Origin: Pristiophorus japonicus
Taxonomy: Eukaryota
Direction of reading: 5' to 3'
Assembly (NCBI RefSeq): GCF_044704955.1
Contig: NC_091978.1
Span: 273,172,001 to 273,236,000, forward strand
Length of the DNA stretch: 64,000 nucleotides
A program made the position numbers and the translations under genes. Of the stretch, positions 1 to 11,548 are shown piece by piece (the first letter of the stretch is position 1; each line of letters begins with the position of its first letter). Below the pieces are notes generated by a model that searched no databases, was not told the origin of the DNA, and was given only the letters and a program-made list of their open reading frames with translations.

Positions 1-641
1 TCGATGACTCTGTATTTGTTCTTAATCACGCTTTGGGGCCCAAATGGCTTGAGGGTACTGTAATTGGCAAAGAGGGGAATAGGGTCATAGTGGTCAGACT
101 TAACAATGGACAGATATGCCGCAAGCATCTGGACCAAGCATGGACACTGAGGAAGATCATGAGATGTTGGCCACACCACCGCCAGTGAACAAGCAACAAG
201 AACTTTCAGCAGCATGCACAGTCCCTGCGGCCAGCCCGGACAAGCCGAAATCACCACAGGTGACAGAGACGCATGCCAAGACTCAACAACCAGAGCCCCA
301 ACTGCGGCGCTCCACGAGAGAGCGTCAACCGCCTGAAAGACTTAATCTTTGACCCCATAAGAAGTTGGGGGGGGGGGAGGTGATGTCATGTATGTAACCT
401 TCATATAACTGTAACCTTCATGTAACAACACTGCATACTGTATACACTAAGAAATGCATACCTTGACCATAGGGGGTGAACTTGTGGGAGACACTCTTCA
501 CCTGGTCATCCAGGTATATAAAGGGAGGTCCCACACAGGGTCATTACTTCTTGGTCCTGTGATTAAAGGTTTGGGTCACAGAGTGACCTTGTCTGCAGAA
601 TGTGCCTCATGTGAATTTATAGTAGTGTGCAAGGACATTAA
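1..641 (+). mobile_element. 3' end of a Gypsy LTR retrotransposon (integrase C-terminal tail, polypurine tract, 3' LTR ~384-641)
   Basis: 1-352 is homologous to 14805-15177 (HALGPKWLEGT...RSTRERQPPERLNL). G-rich PPT at ~367-380, then TGTCATG... LTR homologous to 15205-15471. Confidence 0.9.
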
Positions 642-1527
642 AGCCACCATGTTGCAATTACAGAATTCAAGTACAGAGTGACTAAACGATAGTATACAAG
701 TGAAAATAGTTTACAGGTTTGTGAAAAACAAATCCTATATATGTGTTTTCTTTAGTTTGTATAAGTTCTCAGTAGTATTATAAATTAGTTGGGGAGGGGA
801 GCGGGAGTCTGTGATTACTAATCCATTTAAAAAGGGGTCCTTCAACCATAAGAAGATTGAGAACCACTGCTGTTGTAGATGGGTGCACGATAATCAGTTG
901 GTCATCACTGCCATCTTATGGAATATATTCAGCCTTGCAGTATTCAGCTGCTCACTGTTATGAAGGTTCAAGTTTAATTTCCTCCAATGCTCGTTAATAC
1001 ATTCATATAAAATTCCTTTGTACGCTGTTTTAATTACATTTTAATGACAGTTTAAAATAAATGGATCAATGATCACTCAAAGGATGGTTGGTGGGTGTGT
1101 TACCAGTATGCTACCAAAGGGATTTAAACCACAAAGCCATTTCCAGTGTGGTACAGTGTAAAATGTGACCAATTTACACTTGCGATGTATTAAGAATAGA
1201 GAGCGTGCATCATTTTCTCGGCTGGATGACAAAAAGACTTAAAAACACTTGTAGATGTTCCTGTATAGAACCAATACATTTCCACTTTCCCCAAGTATAT
1301 GGAGCTAGACCTTCCACTTTGCTCGCTAGGGCCCAAAAAATGGGCGATGTTCCAGTCTTAGCGATGTTTCAGCCTTCATGATCGCTGGACCTTCGCCCAT
1401 TTTTTGGATCGTGCCTTTTGGCGCGACGAGAGCCCAGCGATGTGAAATGGGTGAAGCGAGAGCCCAGCAATGTAACATCGCCCAGCGATCATGCAGCGAT
1501 GGTGAAGGCAAAAGCTTCCCAAGCAAC

Positions 1528-3513
1528 GGGCTTCTGCGCATGCATGTCTTTTTGGATGAGGCCAACGAAGCTTTCATCGCGGAGGTCCATTCTGGGTGGG
1601 CCCAATTGATCGGGGGGGGGGGCAGAGCATGGTGGGAAACCAGCACCACAGGCGTACCATCAATATGGAGTGAGATCGCTGCTGTTGTCTCATCTGCGTC
1701 CCACAAAGCCAGGGGATCCGACCAGTGCCGCAAGCGCTGGAACAGGCTTGTGGCTTCAGCAAGAGTAAGTACGATTTTATACTGTAATGATGCAAATTCT
1801 AAGTATAATTTTAATTATAATAGTCAATCTCCTGGATTGAATGAAAGCTTGATATTCTAACATATATAAGATATATCATCCCCACTAAGAACTGGACATG
1901 ACTATGAATCTGTGCCCTTTTTAAGTCTCTCTGGCTGCTGCCACTAACACAGGGACCCAGCATGGACTGGGGGAGAGCTGCCTTTGCTCACTGTCTGGCT
2001 TGGGATAATTTTGGACATTAGCTCCTGTCATTGCCAAGTTCAATGTAGATTGTACTCGAGAGAGATTATTGCATCAAGCATTAGCTCCTAAACACACCGT
2101 TCTTTGATATAACTGTGCATCAATTGTGGACACAAACCCTATTAGTATATAACGTTGGAAACTGTTTTCTATAAATGATATAACCTAGTCAAGTAGCTTA
2201 TGCTATGCTGTTTTCACGTTTTCAGTGGAAGATAGAAATAAGAATGGCCTAATCCTGCACCTATTTTCTCTGTTTCTATGTAATCGGTTTCAGCAAAGGA
2301 GCACCAGAGGAGGCCCTGTTGTAATACAGACACTGACCAGCCTTGAGGAACATGCTGCAGCACTAGTGGGGGCCCACAGTCACGCGGTCACCACCCGTGG
2401 TGTTGCCGGATCCTCCCATGTTTCACGTGAGTAATGTGTCAAGCAATGTTAAGTAATGTAACAGCATTTCATGATAAAAAAATAGACAAATGATGTCATG
2501 TTATGCATGCAGCCTCTGTCTACTCTCAGATTGACAACATAAGAACATAAGAGCAGGCCATCTGGCCATCTCTCCCTTCTCTGTCCGCACCCCATAAACC
2601 CTCGTTCCCTTATCATTCTGTCTATCTGCGACTGATCCAGCTTCCATGACTCTCTGGCGCAGTGAATTCCTCATAGATGTACCACCATATGTACTACCAT
2701 ATGATGCATTAAAATGTAACGTCTCTTGCTCACATTTATTGGAGTAGTGTTGTTCCTCCTATGTATGCCAGCGCGGCGCAACAATCCCTTCTGTTCTAAT
2801 AAGCTCAATTGTATTTTGCAGGACTCCCAGCTCCAGAGGCACCAATGGAGGACACACCTCACATGTACCTACCCCACTGCATGTATCAATCACCACGGGT
2901 GGTGAAGAGGAGACCATCGAGCCAGAGGAGGAGGAATACTTGGAGACAGAGGAGGAAACCCCTTGCATCCCTCCGTCTGTTGAACCTGCGGCCACGACGT
3001 TGATTTCCACCAAAGAGGTAGCGGCAACAAGCAGCATGCAGTTGACGACGCCAAGGCCAACATTGGTGCTGTCGCAAACCCCACGGATACTGAAATCAGC
3101 AGCTTGAGCAAAGGCCTACCCGAGACGACCGTGTAGAGAGCCTGGCACGACTGAGCGAGGAGTCTTTCGTGATCAATCGCGAGCAGCTCCAGGTGTTTGT
3201 GGGGTTCACGGAGGAATTCTCCTGGGTGTCTGTTCGCCAAGCAGAGGCACCGCAGCAGGTGATCCATGAGATGCGTGAAAACACCGCCTGCTCCCATGCA
3301 TTGCGGCAGGCGTTCTTGGCGACACACAGCGCTGCACCCCAAGGTCCCGTGACCACAAGCACCAGCACACAGACGTGTCCGGAGGAAGCGCCACCTCCTG
3401 ACTCGGAAGGCGATCCCCCTGTTTTGTCTTCCCTTCTAACAGGCGATCGTGCCACCATATCCCCCACCACAGCAGTAAGTCTTGCCGTTGCCCACTGCAC
3501 ACCAGCTTTGTAG
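1528..3513 (+). pseudogene. Spliced Myb/SANT-like (trihelix) DNA-binding protein gene of the Harbinger element, degraded
   Basis: Exon 1 reads ..FLDEANEAFIAEV..IWSEIAAVVSSASHKARGSDQCRKRWNRLVASAR, with donor GTAAGT at 1765. Exon 2 ~2293-2426 (TRGGPVVIQTLTSLEEHAAALVG, donor GTGAGT at 2427). Exon 3 starts at 2822 after TTTTGCAG and is a frameshifted low-complexity/coiled-coil region. Confidence 0.75.
2536..2670 (-). mobile_element. Short CR1 LINE 3' tail fragment in an intron of the Myb gene
   Basis: AACATAAGAACATAAG tail and sequence resembling the CR1 3' ends at 45361 and 32345. Confidence 0.55.
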
Positions 3514-3814
3514 CAGTACCCGGAGACCAAAACGGGTGGGTGAGGTATGGAGACGGGGTGGGGCCCAGGATCTGGAGGGAAACGTGGCCACAGGTAGGGA
3601 GAGGGGTGCAATATTTTTTTATATTGAACATATTGTTCACATTGTTTATCCTTGGTATTTTTATTGTTTCACTGTTGGGGGTGTGGGTGGGGGTTGTTTT
3701 TGTGTTTGTTATTTAAAAATAATGTTTAAGAGCTGTTATTTATACAGCAATTTTCTTTCACTTTACAATTGTTGTGCAGTGTCTTCTAATAATGTAAGTT
3801 TTAGTAAAACATTG

Positions 3815-6800
3815 AAACATAGAAATATAGAAATTTACAGCACAGAAGGAGGCCATTTCGGCCCATCGTATCCCCGCCGGCCGACAAAGAGCCGCACGGC
3901 CCTTGGTCAGCAGCCCTAAAGGTTACATATAAACCTATGAACAATGACGGAAAGGCAAAGAGCACCCAGCCCAACTAGTCCACCTCACACAACTGCAACA
4001 CCCTTTATACTGAAAACATCTACACTCCACCCCAACCGGAGCCATGTGATCTCCTGGGAGAGGCAGAAACCAGATAAAAACCCAGGCCAATTTAGGGAGA
4101 AAAAATCTGGGGAAAAAAATCTCCGACCCATCCAGGCGATCGACACTAGTCCAGGAGATCACCCTGGCCATATTCTATTCCCTGCAGTACTTACCATTAT
4201 ATCTGTGCCGTCCAACAAAAGATCATCCAGTCTAATCCCAATTACCAGCTCTAGGTCCGTAACCCTGCAGGTTACTGCACTTTGAGTGCCCATCCAACCA
4301 TCTCTTAAAAGTGGTCAGGGTTTCTGCATTCACCACTCTTCCACGCAGCGAGTTCCAGATCCCCACAACCCTCTACGTAAAGAAGCCCCCCTCAGATCCC
4401 CTGTAAACCTTCCACCAACCACCTTAAAACTATGCCCCTTGTAATAGGCCCCTCCACCAATGGAAATAAACCCTTACTATTCACTATGTCCAGGCCCCTC
4501 AATATTTTGTACACCTCGATGAAGTCTCCTCTCAACCTCCTCTGTTCCAATGAGAACAAACCTAGCCCATACAAACTGTCCTCATAACTAAGATTCTCCA
4601 TTCCAGGCAGCATCCCAGTAAATCTCCTTTGCACCCTCTCTACTGCAATCACGTCCTTCCTATAATACAGCGACCAGAACTGCACGCAGTACTCTAGCTG
4701 TGGCCTAACCAAAGTATTATACAATTTAAGCATAACCTCCTTGCTCTTATATTCTATTCCTCGGCCAATAAAGGCAAATATTCCGTATGCCTTCTTATCC
4801 ACCTGGCCTGCTACTTTCAGGGATTTGTGGACAAGCACTCCAAGGTCCATTTGTTCATCTACACTATTAAGTGGCCTACTGCTTAATGTGTATACCCATT
4901 CCTTATTAGCCCTCCCAAAGTGCATCACCTCACACTTCTCTGAATTAAATTCCATTTGCCACTGCTCTGCCTACCTGAGTAGTAGATTGATATCCTCCTG
5001 CAGCCCATGACTTTCCTCTTCATTATCAACCACACAGCCAATGTTAGTGTCATCTGTAAACTTCTTAATCATACTCCCTAATCATAATCCAAATCTAAAT
5101 CCTTGATATATACCACAAAAATCAAGGGACCCAGTACTGAGCCCTGCGGAACCCCACTGAAAACATCCTTTCAGTCACAAAAACATCCATCAATCATTAC
5201 ACTTTGCTTCCCACCTCCAAGCCAATTTTGGATCCAACTTGCCACTTTGCCCTGTATCCCATGGGCTTTAACCTTCATGACCAGTCTACCAGGTGGGACC
5301 TTATCAAAAGCCTTGCTAAAGACCATATATACTACATCATACGCACTACCCTCATCGACCCTCTTAGTTACTGCCTCAAAAAATTCAATCAGGTTAGTCA
5401 AACACGATCTTCCCTTAACAAATCCTTACTGACTGTCCCTAATTAATCCTTGCCTTTCCAAATGCAGATTTGTCTTCCCAAATTTTTTCCAATAATTTCC
5501 CCATCACTGAGGTTAGACTGACAGGCCTGTAATTACTCGGCCTATCCCTTTCTCCCTTCTTAAACAAGGGTACTACATTAGCAGTCCTCCAATCCTCTGG
5601 CACCATGCCCAGATCCAAAGAGGACTGGAAAATGATGGTCAAGGCCTCTGCTATTTCCTCCTTTACTTCGCTCAACAGCCTGGGATGCATTTCATCCGGG
5701 CCTGGGGATTTATCTACTTTCAAAGCTGATAAGCCCCTTAATACTTCCTCTCTTACTATATTTATTTCATTCAGAATATCACACTCCTCCTCGATAGCAG
5801 TATCTGCATTACCCCTTTCCTTTGTGAAAATAGATGCAAAGTATTCATTAAGAACCCTACCAACATCTTCCACCTCCACACAAAGATTACCCTCATGGTC
5901 TCTAATAGGCCCTACCCTTTCTTTAGTTACCCTCTTGCTCTTAATATATTTATAGAACATTTCAGAGTTTTCCTTAATTTTATTGGCCAAGAATTTCTCG
6001 TGCTCTCTCTTAGCATTCCTAATATCCTTTTTAATTTTGCCTCTTAACTTTCTATATTCTTCTAAAGATTCTAAAGTATTTAGTCATTGGTATATGACAT
6101 AAGTGTCCCTTTTTTTTCTTAATCCTTCCCTGTAAGTCCCTAGACATCCAGGGGCTCTAGAATTATTTTTCCAGCCTTTTTCTTTAAGGGCACATGTTTG
6201 GCTTGAGCCTTCCAGATCTCCTCCTTGAATGCCTCCCACTGTTCCGACACTGATTTACCCACAAGTAGCTGTTTCCAGTCCACTATGGCCAAATCACTCC
6301 TTAATTTAGCAAAATTAGCTTTTCCCCAATTCGGAACTTTTATTCCAGGCCTATTCTTGTCCTTATCCATAATGAATTATGGTTACTGGCACCCAAGTGC
6401 TCCCCCACTAATACCTCTTCAACCTGCCCAGCTTCATTCCCCAAAACTAAATCCAACACCGCCCCCTCTCGTGTTGGGCTCGTTACATACTGACTAAAAA
6501 AGTTCCCTTGAATGCATTTCAAGAATTCCGCACCCTCTATACCCTTCACACTAAATTTGTCCCAATCAATGTTTGGTTAGTTAAAATCCCCTACTATTAC
6601 TACCCTATGGTTTTTAGACTTCACAACAATTTGCCTACATATTTGCTCCTCTATCTCCCTCCCACTGTTTGGGAGTCTATAATACACGCCCAGCAATGTG
6701 ATCGCCCCTATTTTATTTTTCATTTCACTCATATGGCCTCATTTGATGATCCCTCTAACATAACATCCCTCTCACCGCTGTAATAGTTTCTTTAATCAGT

Positions 6801-8720
6801 ACTGCAACCGGCCCCCCCCCCCCACTTTTACCCCCCTCTCTATCTTGAGCTGGGAATATTGATCTGCCAAACCTGCCCCTCTTTCAGCCATGTTTCTGTA
6901 ATAGCTATAACGTCATACTCCCAAGTGTCTACCTGTGCTCTTAGCTCATCCGCCTTATTCGTTATACTCGTTGCATTAAAATATATATCATTCAGCACAG
7001 GAAGACCTCCTTGCTTACTACATACTAAGCCTTTCTTTCTCTGTCTTACAGATTCACTTTCCAGATTCTTGCTATCCAATTTCTGCTTTACTTTCTTCCC
7101 TTTTGAATTCGTTCTCAGGTTCCCATCCCCTGCCAAGCTAGTTTAAACTCTCCCTAACAGCACTAGCAAAACTCCCCGCGAGGATATTGGTCCCGGCGCT
7201 GTTGAAGTGCAACCCATCCGGTTTATACAGGTTCCATCTCCTCAAGAAGCGGTCCCAATGCCTCAAGAATTTAAAGCCCTCTCTCCTACACCAACTTTCC
7301 AGCCACATGTTCATCCTCTCTATCCTTCTGTTCTTATACTCATTAGCATGTGGCACTTGGTAGTAACCCGGAGATTATTACCTTTGAGATCCTACTCTTT
7401 AATTTTCTTCCTAGCTCCCTGAATTCTTCCTGTAGGACCTCATCTCTCATTTTACCTATGTCGCTGGTCCCGATTTGGACCATGACCTCTAGCTGTTTAC
7501 CGCACCCCCCTCACCCTGCCCCCCCAGGATGCCCTGTGTCCACTCTGTGACATCCTTGACCCTGGTACCAGGGAAGCACAAAACCATTCGGGAGTCACGT
7601 CGACGGCCGCAGAAACGCCTGTCTGTTCCCCTAACTATAGAATCCCCTATCACTAGGGCTCTTTTGTTCTTCATCCCTCCCCCCTGTGCAGCTGAGCCAC
7701 CCATGGTGCCTTGGAATTGGCTCTGGCTGCACTCCCCAGAGGCACCACCGTCCTCACCGATACTCAGAAGTAAATATTGGTTTGAAAGCGAGATGGACTC
7801 ATGGGGAGACTCCTGTGCTACCTGCCTAGCACACTTATTACGTCTGGTGGTCACCCACTTCCCCTCTGCCTGCACGCCTTTAAGCTGCGGGGTAACCATC
7901 TCCTGAAACGTGCTATCAACGTAGCTCTCAGCCTCGCGGATGCATCGTATTGACTCCACCCGCTGCTCCAGCTCCAAAATGCAGAGCTCAAGCAGTTGAA
8001 ACTGGAGACGCCTCCTACACATATGGTTGTCTAGGCTGCGCGAAGCATCCAGGATTTCCCACATGCTGCAGGATGTGCACTCCACGGGACTGAGCTGCAC
8101 TGCCATCCCTCTAGTTAGCCTTATCTAGTTTAAAATCTACTTAAAAAGAAATAGAGAAGAGAGAGCTACTCAACAACTCACCTCACCGACCTCTGTGGCC
8201 TCCCAAACTCACCGACCTCTGTGGCCTCCCGACCTCTCGGCCTCCGAACTCCCGACCTACTTAAAAAGAATTAGAGAATAGAGAACTACTTACCAGCTTA
8301 CCTCACCGACCTCCAAGGCCTCCAAACTCCCGACTCGCCGACCTCAGGGCCCACAGGCTCGCTGACCTCACAGGGCCTACCAACTCGCCGACCTCACAGG
8401 GCCTACCTACTCACCGACCTCACAGGGCCTACCTACTCACCAACCTCACAGGGCCTACCTACTCACCAACCTCACAGGGCCTACCTACTCACCGACCTCA
8501 CAGGGCCTACCTACTCACCGACCTCACAGGGCCTACCTACTCACCGACCTCACAGGGCCTACCTACTCACCGACCTCACAGGGCCTACCGAAGTCACCGA
8601 CCTCACAGGGCCTACCGAAGTCACCGACCTCACCGACTCGGACTCTCCCGAACTCGGACTCTCCCGGAACTCCCGACCTCTCGGAACTCCCGACCTCTTG
8701 ATCTCTCGGAACTCCTGAAC
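3815..8720 (-). mobile_element. Near full-length CR1 LINE (ORF1 zinc finger + SGNH esterase; ORF2 APE endonuclease + RT), disrupted
   Basis: ORF1 7138-8106 (CTSCSM, ALVIGDSIVRG, DGLH). ORF2 fragments 4392-7136 (IAITETWL, KSPGPD, NYRPVSLTS, FSKAFDKV, LVRPQLEYCVQFW). CATAGAAA tail at ~3815. Confidence 0.93.
8330..8640. repeat. ~26-bp tandem repeat (GCCTACCTACTCACCGACCTCACAGG)n in the CR1 5' UTR
   Basis: About 10 near-identical head-to-tail units without spacers, directly upstream of CR1 ORF1. Confidence 0.9.
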
Positions 8721-9179
8721 TCTGAAATCGTTGTAAAACAATGGCTAGGCCAGACCAAATAAAGATAAATGTCACTTATTAATATAAATATAATAAAACA
8801 TCTAATTGTGAGTGGATCTATCTTTAAAAGGCCCTTAAATAATTCATAAACTATCTAAGCCCCTGTTTAAGCAGCCTCCTTTCTTCCTGCGACGTTCAAA
8901 ATGGCGTCCGTAGTGCCGAGCTCTGTGAGGAAGGCCGGGGAAAAGCAATTATTCTCCAGCGATGTTCTCGCCGAGCGATCAGCCCGGCGATGTGCCGAAA
9001 GTTGGGTTGGGTGATGTGTTGGCGATCACCTTAGCGATGGGAGCTGAAAGTTGGGACATCAATTTTCCGGCGATGTGTCGGCCCAACTTTCCACTTTTGA
9101 ATCAAAATGGGCGATAGCTGGCCTTTTTGGGCGATATATGAGCACTAACCCAGCGATGTGAGGTGGAATGTCTAGCCAA

Positions 9180-9557
9180 AGGAGAGATAACAGAGGCATT
9201 ACTACACATATTAAATAATTCGTTAAAACATGCGTAGTGACAGAGGATTGGTGGATAGCTAATGTAATAGCTATATTTAAGAAGGGAGATAGAACATGTC
9301 CAGGGAACTATAGAGCAGTCAGCTTAACATCGGTAGTAGGAAAAATAATGGAATCTCTACTAAAGGAGAAAATAGAACATCTCGAAACACAAAAATATAA
9401 TAATGAATACTCAGCATAGATTTCAAAAGGCAAAGTCTTGCTTGACCAACCTCACTGAATTTTTTGTAGAGCAAAGAGAGTAGACAAGGGCAATGCAGTG
9501 GATGTAATTTATCTAGATTTTCAAAAGGCCTTTGATAAGCTACCACATAATAGACTT
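9180..9557 (+). mobile_element. CR1 ORF2 internal fragment
   Basis: ANVIAIFKKGDRTCPGNYRAVSLTSVVGK and FQKAFDK motifs; homologous to 45245-45360 plus 46750-47010. Confidence 0.85.
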
Positions 9558-9689
9558 CCATATATCACTTGCATGTCAGTTATACATGGCTGGAGTTGGT
9601 TATCTCTCTTTCCCCAGATTTGACCAGAAACCCCCCCACAACACAGCACAGGCGAATAGCGACGCTATGAAGTCGTGAGGCTCACATTG

Positions 9690-10002
9690 CATACTATGAA
9701 TTACACGTGGAGAGAGGTCCTGTGGGAAGGAGGACAGTAGGAGTATGTTTGATTTTGTGTGTATATATTGGCACATGTGGCGGAGCCTGGTCTCCATTCA
9801 TCTTGGATCCCCTTACCACTGGACCAAAACCTTGCTCCGTCAAGCCCGTGTAGTAGCTGGTGTGCAACAGCCACCACATGTTCAAAGAATTTATGCACAG
9901 GCATCTTCCGCCATTTAAAATGAGTTCATCAGTCATTTGAGTACTCATTTTTAGTGTGGAAACAAGTCATCCTCGACCCCGAGGGGCTGCCTATGATGAA
10001 GA
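9690..10002 (+). mobile_element. Short non-autonomous element ending in an RTE-type 3' terminus
   Basis: 9948-10002 (TTTTAGTGTGGAAACAAGTCATCCTCGACCCCGAGGGGCTGCCTATGATGAAGAT) matches the reverse complement of the RTE 3' end at 10045-10096. No RT coding sequence is recognisable upstream. Confidence 0.55.
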
Positions 10003-10034
10003 TAACTTCTACTTTCAACCCAATAATCATAGAA

Positions 10035-11548
10035 TCATCATATCAGCATCATAGGCAATCCCTCGAAATCGAGGAAGACTTGCTTCCACTCTAAAACTGA
10101 GTTCTCAGGTGACTGTACAGTCCAATACGGGAATTACAGTCTCTTTCACAGGTGGGACAGACAGTCATTGAAGGAAAGGGTGGGTGGGGAATCTGGTTTG
10201 CCACACGCTCCTTCCGCTGCCTGCGCTTGTTTTCTGCATGCTCTCGGTGTCGAGACTCGAGGTGCTCAGCGCCCTCCTGGATGCCCTTCCTCCATTTAGG
10301 GTGGCCTTCAGCCAGGGATTCCCAGGTGTCGGTGGGGATGTTGCACTTTATCAAGGAGGCTTTGAGGGTGCCCTTGAAATGTTTCCTCTGTCCACTGCTT
10401 GCCGTGTAGGAGTTCAGAGTAGAGCGCTTGCTTTGGGAGTCTTGTGTCGGGCATGCGGACAATGTGGCCTGCCCAAAGGAGCTGGTCGAGTGTAGTCAGT
10501 GCTTCGATGCTGGGGATGTTGGCCTGATCGAGAACACTAACGTTGGTGCTTCTATCCTCCCAGGGGATTTGCAGGATCTTGCAGAGACATCGTTGGTGGT
10601 ATTTCTCCAGCGATTTGAGGTGTCTGCTGTATATGGTCCATGTCTCTGAGCCATCTAGGAGGGTGGGTATCACTACAGCCTTGTAGACCATAAGCTCGGT
10701 GCAGATTTGAAGGCCTGATCCTCGAACACTCTCTTCCTCAGACGATTGAAGGCTGCACTGGCGCACTGGAGGCGGTATTGAACCTAGTCATCGATGTCTG
10801 CCCTTGCTAATAATAGGCTCCCGAGGTATGGAAAGTGGTCTACGTTGTCCAAGGCCGCGCCGTGGATTTTGATGACCGGTGGGCAGTGCTGTGTGGTGGG
10901 GTCAGGTTGGTGGAGGACCTTTGTCTTATGGATGTTTAGTGTATGGCCCATGTTTTCGTACGCCTCGGTGAAGATGTTGACAATGGCTTGGAGTTCAACC
11001 TCTGAATGTGCGCAGACACAAGCGTCGTCCACGTACTGTAGTTCAACGAAAGAGGATGGGACGGTCTTGGATCTAGCCTGGAGACGACGAAGGTTGAACA
11101 GCTTCCCACTGGTTCTATGGTTTAGTTCCACTCCAGCGGGGAGCTTGCTGAGTGTGAGGTGGAGCATTGCGGCTAGGACGATCGAGAAGAGGGTTGGCAC
11201 AATGACGCAGCCCTGCTTGACCCCGGTCCGGACATGGATTGGGTCTGTGGTGGATCCGTTGGTCAGGATCATGGCTTGCATGTCATCATGGAGCGGACGG
11301 AGGATGGTGACAAACTTTTGGAGGCAGTCGAAACGGAGGAGGAAGCTCCATTGTCCCTCGCAGTTAACAGTGTCAAAAGCCTTTGCAAGGTCAAAGAAGG
11401 CTATGTACAAGGGTTGGTGCTGTTTCCTGCATTTCTCTTGCAGTTTTCATACCATAAAGATCATGTCCGTTGTACCCTGTTGCGGGCGGAATCCGCACTG
11501 TGACACCGGCAGGAGTTCCTCAGCCACAGAGAGAATACGGTTGAGGGA
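10035..11548 (-). mobile_element. RTE-clade LINE, 5'-truncated, RT domain and C-terminal zinc finger
   Basis: FFDLAKAFDTV, TGVKQGCVIVPTLF, LQYVDD, FPYLGS, WAGHIVRMPDTRLPKQALYSEL and CPTCERDCNSRIGLYSH motifs; (ATG)n-like tail. Confidence 0.93.

Larger units (their letters stand above)
1301..9177 (+). mobile_element. PIF/Harbinger DNA transposon remnant A (Myb/SANT gene kept; transposase missing, with a CR1 in its place)
   Basis: Terminal inverted repeats GGAGCTAGACCTTCCAC (1301) and GTGGAATGTCTAGCC (to 9177). GCGAT/ATCGC-rich subterminal regions and an internal Myb/SANT-like gene. 8870-9177 is the reverse-complement homologue of 20572-20870, which lies upstream of a Harbinger transposase. Confidence 0.8.

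Noticed and set aside
8330-8640. CRISPR-like array
   Set aside because: Units are contiguous with no unique spacers, there are no cas genes, the context is eukaryotic, and it lies in a CR1 5' UTR.
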